DNA of 61,587 nucleotides, from the NCBI RefSeq assembly GCF_004010195.1, contig NC_057719.1:6151372-6212958 (forward strand), read 5' to 3'. The position numbers and the translations under genes are program-made. This DNA comes from Chiloscyllium plagiosum. Its lineage: Eukaryota. The notes under the pieces are model-generated. The model worked only from the letters and a program-made list of their open reading frames with translations. It was not told the DNA's origin and did not search any database. Shown here piece after piece: positions 25,489 to 36,329 of this stretch. Positions within the stretch are counted from its first letter, which is position 1; each line of letters begins with the position of its first letter.

Positions 25489-26636
25489 TGTGATGATGCT
25501 GCTCCTTTAACAAGGTGATGTCGTCTTTGGGTTTTTTTTTCAGAAAGGCTGTAAAAGACACAGACTCCGAAAAGTCGAAGTTGAAGTGTTTTAGGGCAAG
25601 TTTGATTATAGCTAACAGATACTGCCTCAGAAAAAGGTTTTCAGGTTTTTGAGAAAAAAACTTGTACAATGAAAGGGGAGTGACCAGTTCTCCCGGCTCA
25701 GCTTTTTACTGGTTTGGATTGGCTTTTAAGAAGTAGAGTTGAAATACCTGCTGGAACCTAGAAGCACTGATCCTCCTCTCTCTCTGACATCTCTCCTGTA
25801 AGTTTGAGTTTAGCTTTTGAGTTTGAGTTTAGCTTTTGTATCAAGGGGAGTTTATGGGGATTGTTGCAAGTATTTGGAACAGCACATTACATTGGGATAA
25901 TCTGTTAGCTTTTTGGATAGGCTAAGTTAATAGGCTAAATTAACTTAGCCTATCCAAAAAGCTAACAGATTATCCCAACGTAAGATGCTGGAAACCAGAT
26001 TCTGGATCAATGGTGCTGGAAGAGCACAGCAGTTCAGGCAGCATCGAGGATTCTGTTCTCTTCTGATTATGTTTTATTCAGTAATCTTGTAAATAAATGC
26101 TGTTTGGTTTAAAACTAAGTGTTGACCAGCTGCAGCCCTCCTGGAATATCCACTTTACACCTTAGATTCGATTAGATTCCATACAGTGTGGAAACAGGCC
26201 CTTCGGCCCAACCAGTCCACACCGACCCTCTGAAGAGTAACCCACCCAGAACCATTTCCCTCTGACTAATGCACCTAACACTATGGGCAATTTAGCATGG
26301 CCAATTCACCCTAACCTGCACATCTTTGGACTGTGGGAGGACCCGGAGGAAACCCACACAGACACGGGGAGAATGTGCAAACTCCACACAGACCAAGGCT
26401 GGATCGAACCCGGGTCCCTGGTGCTGTGAGGCAGCAGTGTGCGTGGGTTACACTTCAGAGGGTCGGTGTGGACTTGTTGGGCCGAAGGGCCTGTTTCCCC
26501 ACTGTAGGGAATCGAATCGAAAATCGAAAAATCGAAATCGAATCCACCTCTTACACCTGTTTAAAACAACCAGCAAAGTTAGGGTCTGGGCTACTTTCTT
26601 AAAATGTTTTGAGGGGGTCTGGCCTGGTCCATAACA
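25489..26636 (+). mobile_element. Probable solo LTR with nested insertions
   Basis: TGTGAT...ATAACA termini, 4-bp flanks TGTG/CGTG, internal AATAAA at ~26092. Confidence 0.5.
26162..26545. mobile_element. HE1-like SINE (minus) fused to an inverted second SINE 3' end
   Basis: Tails on both ends; TTACACCT on both flanks. Confidence 0.8.
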
Positions 26637-26984
26637 CGTGTAGTGACCATGTTACAATCTGGATGTGAACAAGTGCAAGATGAATCAAAAGGACCAAAAC
26701 TCAACCCTTCGTTGGTTCTGAGCAAAGCTGGAACAGGTCAAACCATATACCAATGGGCTTAATGACAGAGATTGAAAAACTCAAAATAAATTTTAATTAA
26801 CTAATGACCACCATAAACACGAGAATCATAAACAATCAACACTTTTGTGTTTTCAAATTTCATCAGAAGAAGACCTCATGAGATATCTTGACACATGTGG
26901 TATTAGCTAATGGCATATTTAACTAACTACTATCACCCCATAACTCACAGTATTTAACCCCAAAACAGATGGTTAGACAACACC

Positions 26985-28613
26985 AAACTGACTGAGATAT
27001 CACCCCATAATTGACAGTAACATCAACTTATAAATTGAAAATAAAATCACTCCCAAAATCTAATATCATCCCCAAAACCAACAATGATATCATTCATAAC
27101 TGACAGAGTTATCACCCATAACTAACAGTGATATCACCCATAACTAACAGTGATATCACCCATAACTGAGATATCACCCATAACTGACAGTAACATCACC
27201 CATAACTGACAGTACTATCACCCATAACTGACAGTAATACCACCCATAACTGACAGTACTATCACCCATAACTGACAGTAATATCCCCCCATAACTGACA
27301 GTAATATCCCCCCATAACTGACAGTGATATCACCCATAACTGACAGTGATATCACCCGTAACTGACAGTGATATCCGCCCATAACTGACAGTAATATCAC
27401 CCATAACTGACAGTGATATCCCCTCATAACTGACAGTAATATCACCCATAACTGACAGTGATATCACCCATAACTGACAGTGATATCCCCCGATAACTGA
27501 CAGTGATATCACCCATAACTGACAGTGATATCCCCCCATAACTAACAGTGATATCACCCATAGCTGACACTGATATCCCCCCATAACTGACAGAGATATC
27601 ACCCATAACTGAGATATCACCCATAACTAACAGTGATATCACCCATAACTGACAGTGATATCCCCCCATAACTGACAGTGGTATCACCCATAACTGACAC
27701 TGATATCACCCGTAACTGACAGTGATATCCCCCCATAACTGACAGTGATATCACCCATAACTGACAGTGATATCCCCCCATAACTGACAGTGATATCACC
27801 CATAACTGGCAGTGATATCCCCCCATAACTGACAGTAATATCCCCCCATAACTGACAGTGATATCCCCCCATAACTGACAGTGATATCACCCATAACTGA
27901 CAGTGATAACCCCCATAACTGACAGTAATATCACCCATAACTGACAGTAATATCACCCATAACTGACAGTGATATCACCCATAACTGACAGTGATATCCC
28001 CCCATTACTGACAGTGATATCACCCATAACTGACAGTGATATCCCCCCATAACTAACAGTGATATCACCCATAACTGACAGTGATATCCCCCCATAACTG
28101 ACAGAGATATCACCCATAAATGAGATATCACCCATAACTAACAGTGATATCACCCATAACTGATAGTAATATCCCCCATAACTGACAGAGATTTAACCCA
28201 TAACTGACAGTAATATCACCCATAACTGACAGTAATATCCCCCATAACTGACAGTAATATCACACATAACTGACAGAGACTGTCACCCATAACTGACAGT
28301 AATATCACCCATACTGACAGTAATATCCCCCCAAAACTGACAGAGATATCACCCATAACTGACAGTAATATCACCCATAACTGACAGTAATATCCCCAAT
28401 AACTGACAGACATATCACCCATAACTGACAGTAATATCCCCCCATAACTGACAGTAATATCACCCATAACTGACAGAGATATCACCCATAACTGACAGTG
28501 ATATCACCCATAACTGACAGTAATATCCCCCCATAACTGACAGTGATATCACCCATAACTGACAGTAATACCCCCCATATCTGACAGAGATATCACCCAT
28601 AACTGACAGTAAT
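26985..28613. repeat. Minisatellite, 22-23 bp unit CATAACTGACAGTGATATCACC
   Basis: About 70 units running into the gap. Confidence 0.97.
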
Positions 28614-29113
28614 NNNNNNNNNNNNNNNNNNNNNNNNNNNNNNNNNNNNNNNNNNNNNNNNNNNNNNNNNNNNNNNNNNNNNNNNNNNNNNNNNNNNNNN
28701 NNNNNNNNNNNNNNNNNNNNNNNNNNNNNNNNNNNNNNNNNNNNNNNNNNNNNNNNNNNNNNNNNNNNNNNNNNNNNNNNNNNNNNNNNNNNNNNNNNNN
28801 NNNNNNNNNNNNNNNNNNNNNNNNNNNNNNNNNNNNNNNNNNNNNNNNNNNNNNNNNNNNNNNNNNNNNNNNNNNNNNNNNNNNNNNNNNNNNNNNNNNN
28901 NNNNNNNNNNNNNNNNNNNNNNNNNNNNNNNNNNNNNNNNNNNNNNNNNNNNNNNNNNNNNNNNNNNNNNNNNNNNNNNNNNNNNNNNNNNNNNNNNNNN
29001 NNNNNNNNNNNNNNNNNNNNNNNNNNNNNNNNNNNNNNNNNNNNNNNNNNNNNNNNNNNNNNNNNNNNNNNNNNNNNNNNNNNNNNNNNNNNNNNNNNNN
29101 NNNNNNNNNNNNN
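28614..29113. other. Assembly gap (500 N)
   Basis: Run of N. Confidence 1.
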
Positions 29114-29771
29114 TCATGTGAATTGGCTATGCAAAATTACCCATAGTGTACAGGAATGTGTAGATTAGATGCATTTGTTAGGGGAAATGGGTGTGGGTGG
29201 TTTACTCTGCAGAGGGTCAGTGGGGTCTTGTTGTAAAGGGCCTGATTCCACATTGTAGGAATTCTACAAAACCCCCACTAAACCAATCTCTCCCCTTTAT
29301 GGGCAGCACGGTGGCACAGTGGTTAGCACTGCTGCCTCACGGCGCCAATACCACCATCAGTATTAATATGTTGCTGAAAGTGGCTCAGTGGTTGGTACTG
29401 CTGCTCCATAGTGGTAGGGACATAGGTTCCATTCTAGACTCTGGTGATGGTGTGGAGTTTGTACATTCATCACGGTGTTTGTACAGCACGGTGGCACAGT
29501 GGTTAGCACTGCTGCCTCACGGCGCCAGAGACCCAGGTTCAATTCCCACCTCAGGCGACTGTGTGTGGAGTTTGCACATTCTCCCAGTGTCTGCGTGGGT
29601 TTCCTCCGGGTGCTCGGGTTTCCTCCCACAATCCAAAAATGTGCAGGTTAGGTGAATTGGCTATGCTAAATTACACGTAGTGTTACGTGAAGAGGTAAAT
29701 GTAGGGGAATGGGTCTGGGTGGACTTGTTGGGCCGAAGGGCCTGTTTCCACACTAAGTAATCTAATCTAAT
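29114..29771 (+). mobile_element. Cluster of HE1-like SINE copies/fragments
   Basis: Old 3' fragment 29114-29265, isolated head 29301-29347, old head 29380-29480, near-complete copy 29484-29771. Confidence 0.85.
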
Positions 29772-31659
29772 GTTTCAACTGTAACAAGCATCCCCAAATA
29801 CATCCAGTCCACACATCTAAGACATCCCTCAAGAATACCAGTCCTATTTTAGTTTGTCATCGTTGCCACAATTTTAAGTGACTCTGCAAGCAGATTTGAG
29901 CATTAGGCAATAAAACCTAATAGGTTGATCCTGATTACCAGAAATCAGCAATAAGCCAGCTGTCCATGTCACAGTTGGCCTAAATATAGAGTAGATTTGC
30001 TTCGTTCTATAGTCTAATGGAGTGTCTGGACACTTTCATGCCAAACTCAACTTCATCCATCCCTCTTTCTTACAAAGAAAGAAAGAAAGAAAGAAAGGAC
30101 CATTCAGCCCTTGAGCCTGCTCCATCATTCAATACTCAGTCCCTAGTTCTCCTCACACCCTTTCATGTTGAGGTCATTTAAAAACTTATTCTTGAAAACA
30201 ATTTTTTTTTTTTTTAAAAAAAATCTACTGATTCACCACTGAAGAAATCTCATGTCAAATCGCACATGAGGCAGAGGTCACAGCCTAAGGGCCCCAGCCA
30301 TTGGATACATTCCTGTGTTTAGCCAGTCAGTCTAGTCATTTTGGAATTTAAAAAAAAAAACACTATAGGTGGCTCTACATGATCCCTTCATTCTGCTTAA
30401 GCTTAGCAAATATAATCCTAACCGCTCCAATCTCTCCCCAGGAATCTTTGCAGCAGTTCCTCTAACTAGAACATCCTTCCTTAGAGTAGTGCAGTTTTGG
30501 TCTCCTTATCCAAGTATACAATTTCAAAAACATTCTCACTCAACTCAAATCCTCACTCTGAAGAGCAACATCCTATTTGCTTTGTTCACCAGTACCTGTT
30601 ACAATACTAACTTTGTGACTAGTGTACAAGGACACCCATTGCACCAATCCCTTCCCCAAGCACCAGATAATATCCACTTGGTTGCAAAAATAGGAAGGCA
30701 GGTTAGCAGTCATTTTTATCCACTTTAATGTTTCATCTGTCTTGCATTTCCTTGCAGTTGATCATGTCAGCTGCAAACTTGAAGATATTTAGCTTTAAAG
30801 ACTTCAAATCACATAGCAAAAAGAAATTTCAAAAACACCTATTGTATTCACACCAGATTTTGCTTGGTCAAACTTAATTTAACAGTTTAACTCAGTCTGA
30901 CGAATCTACTAGCCTCCTCCTGGAGGCTCCTTATAACAGAGCTTAATTTTAAAGCTTCAAACAACCTAAAGACTTCAGATTTGGAACTATCCCTAAACCC
31001 ATTCCTTGGAAATAACATGTTTAAAACCAGACTTAAACTACCTTCCTTTCTCAGAACAGCTTTACATATTTAGCTTCAGCTGAAGAGCCCCACAGAACTC
31101 CCATAACAATGACAGGGTCCCCTGCTGACTGCCACATGAGCCTCCGTGTCCAGAGGATTTAAGCTGCCATTTGTCACTTCCAACAGGAAGTCACAACCAG
31201 ACACCTATTCCTAAGAACCATTCCCTCTGACTCCACTCCTCCATTACATGCCTCATGCCCTCAGCACCTTTGCAATCAGAAGGTAATATAAATCACTGCC
31301 CTTTAGCCTCCTCACCATCCAAGCCCTAAAACACCTTCCAGGCGAAGCAGTTTACACCTATATTCATTGCTTACAATGTGGGATGGGGGTACCATTTTGC
31401 AGAACATATGTTCTGCCTACAAAAAAATGCCTAGCTTCCAGTTGCCTACCCAACATCTGTTGCAGGGTGTTCATTTCAGTGAGCCTCAATGCAAGCTTGA
31501 AGAACATCCACTTAGGGACCCTGCAACCTCTAGAATTCAGCAAATTTAACAACTTGAACTGGATCCTGTCCTTCCATTCTGGAAAAGGGAAATCTCAGGT
31601 AACTCAGTTTTTGGCCTGTAGCTGCAGATAAGGGGAACTACAAAACCTATGCCATTTAG

Positions 31660-32665
31660 TCTAGCAAAATCCATTTGATATGCTGGCAAAGGTTATTGCA
31701 GAAGGTAAAAGCACATGGCGTAGAAGGCAATACATTTCCTACTCTGGCTGTTTATTAGCCAAAGAGATCTTTGAACTTAGCAGGATGTCATGAATGTATC
31801 TAGAGGGCTGGGCTTCAGCTCTAAAAATTTTATATAAATTAGGAAGGTACCCAACTTATGATAAGCAAATTTGCTTATGAGAGCTTGGTAGGAAAATTGT
31901 TAAGAATGAGAAGGTGACAAATGGATACAAGTAAATGGACAAAAATCTGGCAGGTGGGAGTATATTACAGGAAAGTGCAAAATTGTCCTTTTGGCAGAAG
32001 GAATAAGAAAACATGACCTAAATAGCAAAGTGTTACAGAACTGAGATATCTGAGTATTCTAATGCATAAGTCACTGAAGGCTAATAGGCCGATACACCAA
32101 GTAATGGGGAAAATTAGAATTACTTTATTGCAACTGCAAGTGAAAGTAAGGAGTTAGTTTCAGAACTGGGCACTGTACTTACTGAAGGCATGAATGCCTT
32201 GAAGCAGTTCAAGGAAGGTTTGCTTGACCAATATCTAAAGTGGAGAAAGTGAGGTCTGCAGATGCTGGAGATCAGAGTTGGAAATGTGTTGCTGGAAAAG
32301 CGCAGCAGGTCAGGCAGCATCCAGGGAACAGGAGAATCGACGTTTCGGGCATAAGCCCTTCTTCAGGTTCCTGAAGGGCTTATGCCCGAAACATCGATTC
32401 TCCTGTTCCCTGGATGCTGCCTGACCTGCTGCGCTTTTCCAGCAACACATTTCCAGCAATATCGAAAGTGAGCGAATTGCTTTGAGTGAAGAGATCCTCT
32501 CGAGTTAAGGAAACATGCAAGATGCTGAGGGGACTTGACCGAGTGGATGTTGATTGAAGAGCAAGCTTGGGCCCATAACTTTAAAAAGACACTCATTTAT
32601 AACAGATGAGAAAACATTGAGTCTTTGAAATTCTCTTCCTCAAAAAAGGCAGCAAATGCAGAACC
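31660..32665 (+). mobile_element. Highly decayed CR1 fragment hosting a palindromic insertion
   Basis: Residual KIWQVG...GKCKIVL motif and similarity to the other CR1 copies. Confidence 0.55.
32243..32456. mobile_element. Palindromic PLE-derived insertion with back-to-back hammerhead motifs and 14-bp TSD
   Basis: TSD CAATATC(T/G)AAAGTG at 32229-32242 and 32457-32470; arms 32280-32367 and 32370-32455. Confidence 0.85.
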
Positions 32666-32849
32666 ATTAGATCATAACAGCTAACCCATGTTCAATGAGT
32701 CAAGTACTTAACACATGCTCTGTACAGTGGTCATGTAAAATCAATTTTAGCCAAGATGCACACTTGGGCATAAGTGCAAGGTTACTGCAGCTATAATGGG
32801 CATAGTTAAGTGTAGGCAAAAAGGAAATTTTCCCCCAGAGTGGGGAGAG

Positions 32850-33105
32850 ACCATTCAGCCCCACCAGTCCATACTGACCCTAAGAGTAACTCACCCAAAC
32901 CCATTTCCTTCTGACTAATGCATCTGACATTATGGGCAATTTAGCATGGCCAATTCATCTGACCTGCACATCTATGGAATGCAGAAGGAAATCCACGCAG
33001 ACATGGAGAAAATATGCAAACTCCATATACAGTTGCCTGAGGCTGGAATCGAACCTGGGTCCCTAGTGCTGAGACACTGATGCTAACTAAGCCACTGTGC
33101 TGCGG
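32850..33105 (-). mobile_element. HE1-like SINE, diverged
   Basis: Homologous to 3152-3443. Confidence 0.8.
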
Positions 33106-33590
33106 CATAAAAATTCATAACCTTAACTAAAAATAGATGAACTGATTAGGGAAAGAACAGGGACTTTAATTCAGGCAATTCCACTATCTACATCAACTGG
33201 GCCAAACTGACAACTCTTGCTCAACTTCCAGACCTCAGCTAATAACTAACTTGTTAACAGTATAGTCAGCAGTCAAACAAGTTCCCATAGTTTCATGAGT
33301 ACTACATCCAAATTGCCCCTCCCACAATATGGATGATGGCATCACTATTCAAAGATCATAAGTCTTCACATCTGCATTCTGGAAAGAGGAATAATGCTCC
33401 AGTTGTTTTATCATGCCAAAAAAATATGCACCCAAGCTCTGCTAGATGGCAAGAGCTGAGTAATACAAACTTAGTTGAAATACAGGAAAATCAGAAGCTG
33501 CAAATACCACATTTATATCAAAGTCTGGGAAACATTTGTCAGTAGTTAAACTGTACTTCTGTACACATGATTGAGGGTACAAGTTTCCAA

Positions 33591-33596
33591 TTTATT
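33591..33596 (-). terminator. Distal polyadenylation signal AATAAA (candidate 2)
   Basis: AATAAA near the end of the repeat-free 3' region, followed by TGTGTA. Confidence 0.5.
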
Positions 33597-33746
33597 GAAC
33601 CAATTACTATAGAACCCAGTGCAATAACGGAGTGTGAAAATATCCCTTTAAATCATGTTGCAATTGGTTGAAAGTTTAGATTAAGGCACACCCAGTTTTA
33701 AGTGACAAATGCACAATGCTATTCACAAATAGCACTATTGATTCCA

Positions 33747-33752
33747 TTTATT
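33747..33752 (-). terminator. Distal polyadenylation signal AATAAA (candidate 1)
   Basis: AATAAA followed by a TG/T-rich downstream tract on the minus strand. Confidence 0.55.
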
Positions 33753-34791
33753 AGTAGCTTTTGCTACAATTTTAATACATAAAGCATTAAGTTTAGTTTT
33801 GATACTTACAACACAGTAACATCATCAAGTTAAACTGGTTTATCTGATGCACATGAGAAACTGGCATCCATCTCCCACATCTGAACACAGCATCAAAATA
33901 AATTGCAATATATCAGCATAAGCTACTGGTATCATAGACCCTCATCAATTCCAAGATTAGCTTATCAGTCCATTCAGATCTTCAGCCTCTATGCAACCAG
34001 GAACACTCCTCCCAAATCCAAGTTTGTACATGAAACATTCACCACTTAAGCCATGGAAAGTTCTTGGGTTTGGATCATGCTCCAATCAGGCAATAGCCTT
34101 CATTTCTCCAAGCCTGGCTAGATTGAAGAGCAGAGAACTAAGCTTCAGGAGATCCAAAAAAAAGATGGGATGGGTCAGTCTTTGGTGCATATGGATGTGT
34201 CAAGGTTGTATGATCAAATGCTGCCTACTTCATAAAGACTTCCCAGCTCCAAAACTACTCAGGACAGCAAACTCAGCCTGTGCAACTCGAAAGGTAAAGC
34301 AAGATGCATTGCAAATAAATGCAAAGTAAACCAAAAATGTTCTCCAGGGCTGAAAAGCAGTTGAAGATCTAATTACTTCAGCTGTTAAACATTTAAATTC
34401 TTCATACAGCAGAAATACTGATTTGAGAACCTTTAAAAGTGGAGATTTGTTTGATATGAAACTATATAGATTGCAGCAAGTTAACATGAAAAACAGTTTA
34501 GTAAGCAAATTAACTGCAAATAAATAATCAGTCTATACCCAATTAAATAGACACCAAGTGATTTGAGAGAATTTGGTGCATTCACCTACTGTGAACAGAA
34601 ACCACTCAACAGGCCCATTTAAAAACATTTCTTGCAAACATCCACTTGTGTAATGGTCTTACATAAGCTGAAGCACAGCGATCATTGGCTGATATGAAAA
34701 ACCAACCAGAAAATTTTAGTAACAGGTTGAATGTAACTGAAAAAAGTGAATTAAATAAATTTGGCACCCAAGAGACTTAAGTTAATGGTCT

Positions 34792-34797
34792 TTTATT
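34792..34797 (-). terminator. Proximal polyadenylation signal AATAAA
   Basis: Minus strand ...TGTAAATGCTAGTCTTTTTTTCCAATAAAAGACCATTAACTTAA, about 0.8 kb after the stop codon. Confidence 0.75.
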
Positions 34798-35594
34798 GGA
34801 AAAAAAGACTAGCATTTACAACTTGGAATGGACATAATTGTAATTTGCTGAACAGCCATGTCGTCATTGTGCTGAAGTCCTATGTAGATATATACTCTGA
34901 CGGCTCCAAGTTTATGGTACAGAACAGAAGTTAAACACGAGAGTCTGAGACACTCCCTTATCATAGGTAACTTTTAAAAATTCAGTGAACGGTAAATTGC
35001 CTGACATCCGTTTCACAATAGTGCAATCAGACACGTTAACCAAGTTTATACAGACATGCCATCCTTTTAGTTTAAATCAAGATCTTCAATCCTGGTAATT
35101 GTTTTGTGAGCACACTAAGTATGAAAACAATTCCACTCCAGGGACCATCATATAATTACAACCTATTTTTTTCTTGCCTCAGCACTCAAAATTTAACCAA
35201 CTTTTCAGGAACAATCCTGGTACAATATATAAACTGGAAAAACTAAACTATTCCCACAAAGAACATAAAGTGGAATTAACAGAGCCAGGCTGTGCTCAAC
35301 TGTCAAGCTGCATGCATGAAAAACTGGCCAGCCCAAACAGTGTTTCAGCAAGGAACTTCATAGAGTCCAATTGCCTTAGTTTTTAAGGTAGTACAAGTTT
35401 TACTGATGCATGGCTTGAAGATCTTTGGGGACAGGACCACTGATCATTTACATGCAGAGTTTGTGGACAGGTTTTTTTTTCTTGACATTCAGTAACTTTT
35501 GCTATACAGAAACAGAATGAATAAATGAACATTTTGCAAGAGGTAAGTAAAAGATTTGAACTTTTTTCTAGGAAGGGGAAAAAGATAAAATTCT

Positions 35595-35623
35595 TCATTT
35601 TGCAGTCATCATCTGTACGAATT
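35595..35623 (-). CDS. CALM1: Calmodulin exon 6 coding part (29 nt, EFVQMMTAK*)
   Basis: cag|AATTCGTACAGATGATGACTGCAAAATGA. Exon lengths sum to 3+31+144+107+136+29=450 nt in frame. Confidence 0.97.
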
Positions 35624-36329
35624 CTGTGGACAAAAGAATTGAGACTTTTATTGAAGTTTACTTTAGAATAAAGTCAGAAATGTACAGCATAAATCAGTCC
35701 TAGGCTCATGTGTCAGCGTTCAGCCATCTCTCCAAACCCTCCCTATTCATGTACACATCTCGATGCCTTTTAAAGGTCATTGTACCAGCCTCCATTGGCA
35801 CCTCATTGTATACATGCACTACCCTTTGCATAAAAGTTACCCCTTAGGTCCCTTTTAAATCTTTCCCCTCACCATAAACATGTGCCTTCTAGCTTTGGCC
35901 TCCCCTATCCTGAGGGAAGACTTTGTCTACTGACCCTATGCATGCCCCTCATGATTTTAAAAAAAGTGCCTGGAAGGCCACCCCTCAGCCTAATATTCCA
36001 TTCAACAGATCAGTATCAGTTCAGATTGACCTCAGTTCAAAAGTAACCATCTTGCCTGACTGAACAAGACGGAGGAGTCACGGCAGCACCTTTGGTGTCA
36101 TTTTAATACAATCAAAATCAGCACAGACAACCCCTCAACATGTGGAGATCTACTGCAAACAAACATTACATATGAACTGATTAAACTACCTACTTCAGAG
36201 TAGTTTATCTCCGGAGCCAGATTTGAAATCAATTTCAATTTCAGCAACCCACAGAAGTTTGCCTTTAAGTGTCTTGATATTGAGGTAGGTGCCAGCTTCA
36301 CTGGAATTTAAAACAACTCCTAGACTCTG

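Larger units (their letters stand above)
33570..35594 (-). other. CALM1: CALM1 3' UTR (short and long isoforms)
   Basis: Repeat-free AT-rich tract after the stop codon. It holds blocks I recall from the mammalian CALM1 3' UTR (e.g. AATCTTTTACTTACCTCTTGCAAAA, ACACTGTTTGGGCTGGCCAGTTTTTCATGCATGCAGCTTGAC). The distal end is approximate. Confidence 0.75.

Noticed and set aside
26985..28613. CRISPR-like regular array (also 7380-8528, 10845-11281, 656-900)
   Set aside because: Head-to-tail units with no unique spacers, no cas genes and a vertebrate context; these are minisatellites.
1..33500. Exons of a neighbouring gene (TTC7B lies downstream of CALM1 in mammals)
   Set aside because: I found no TPR-like or other host exon by eye; small exons could have been missed.
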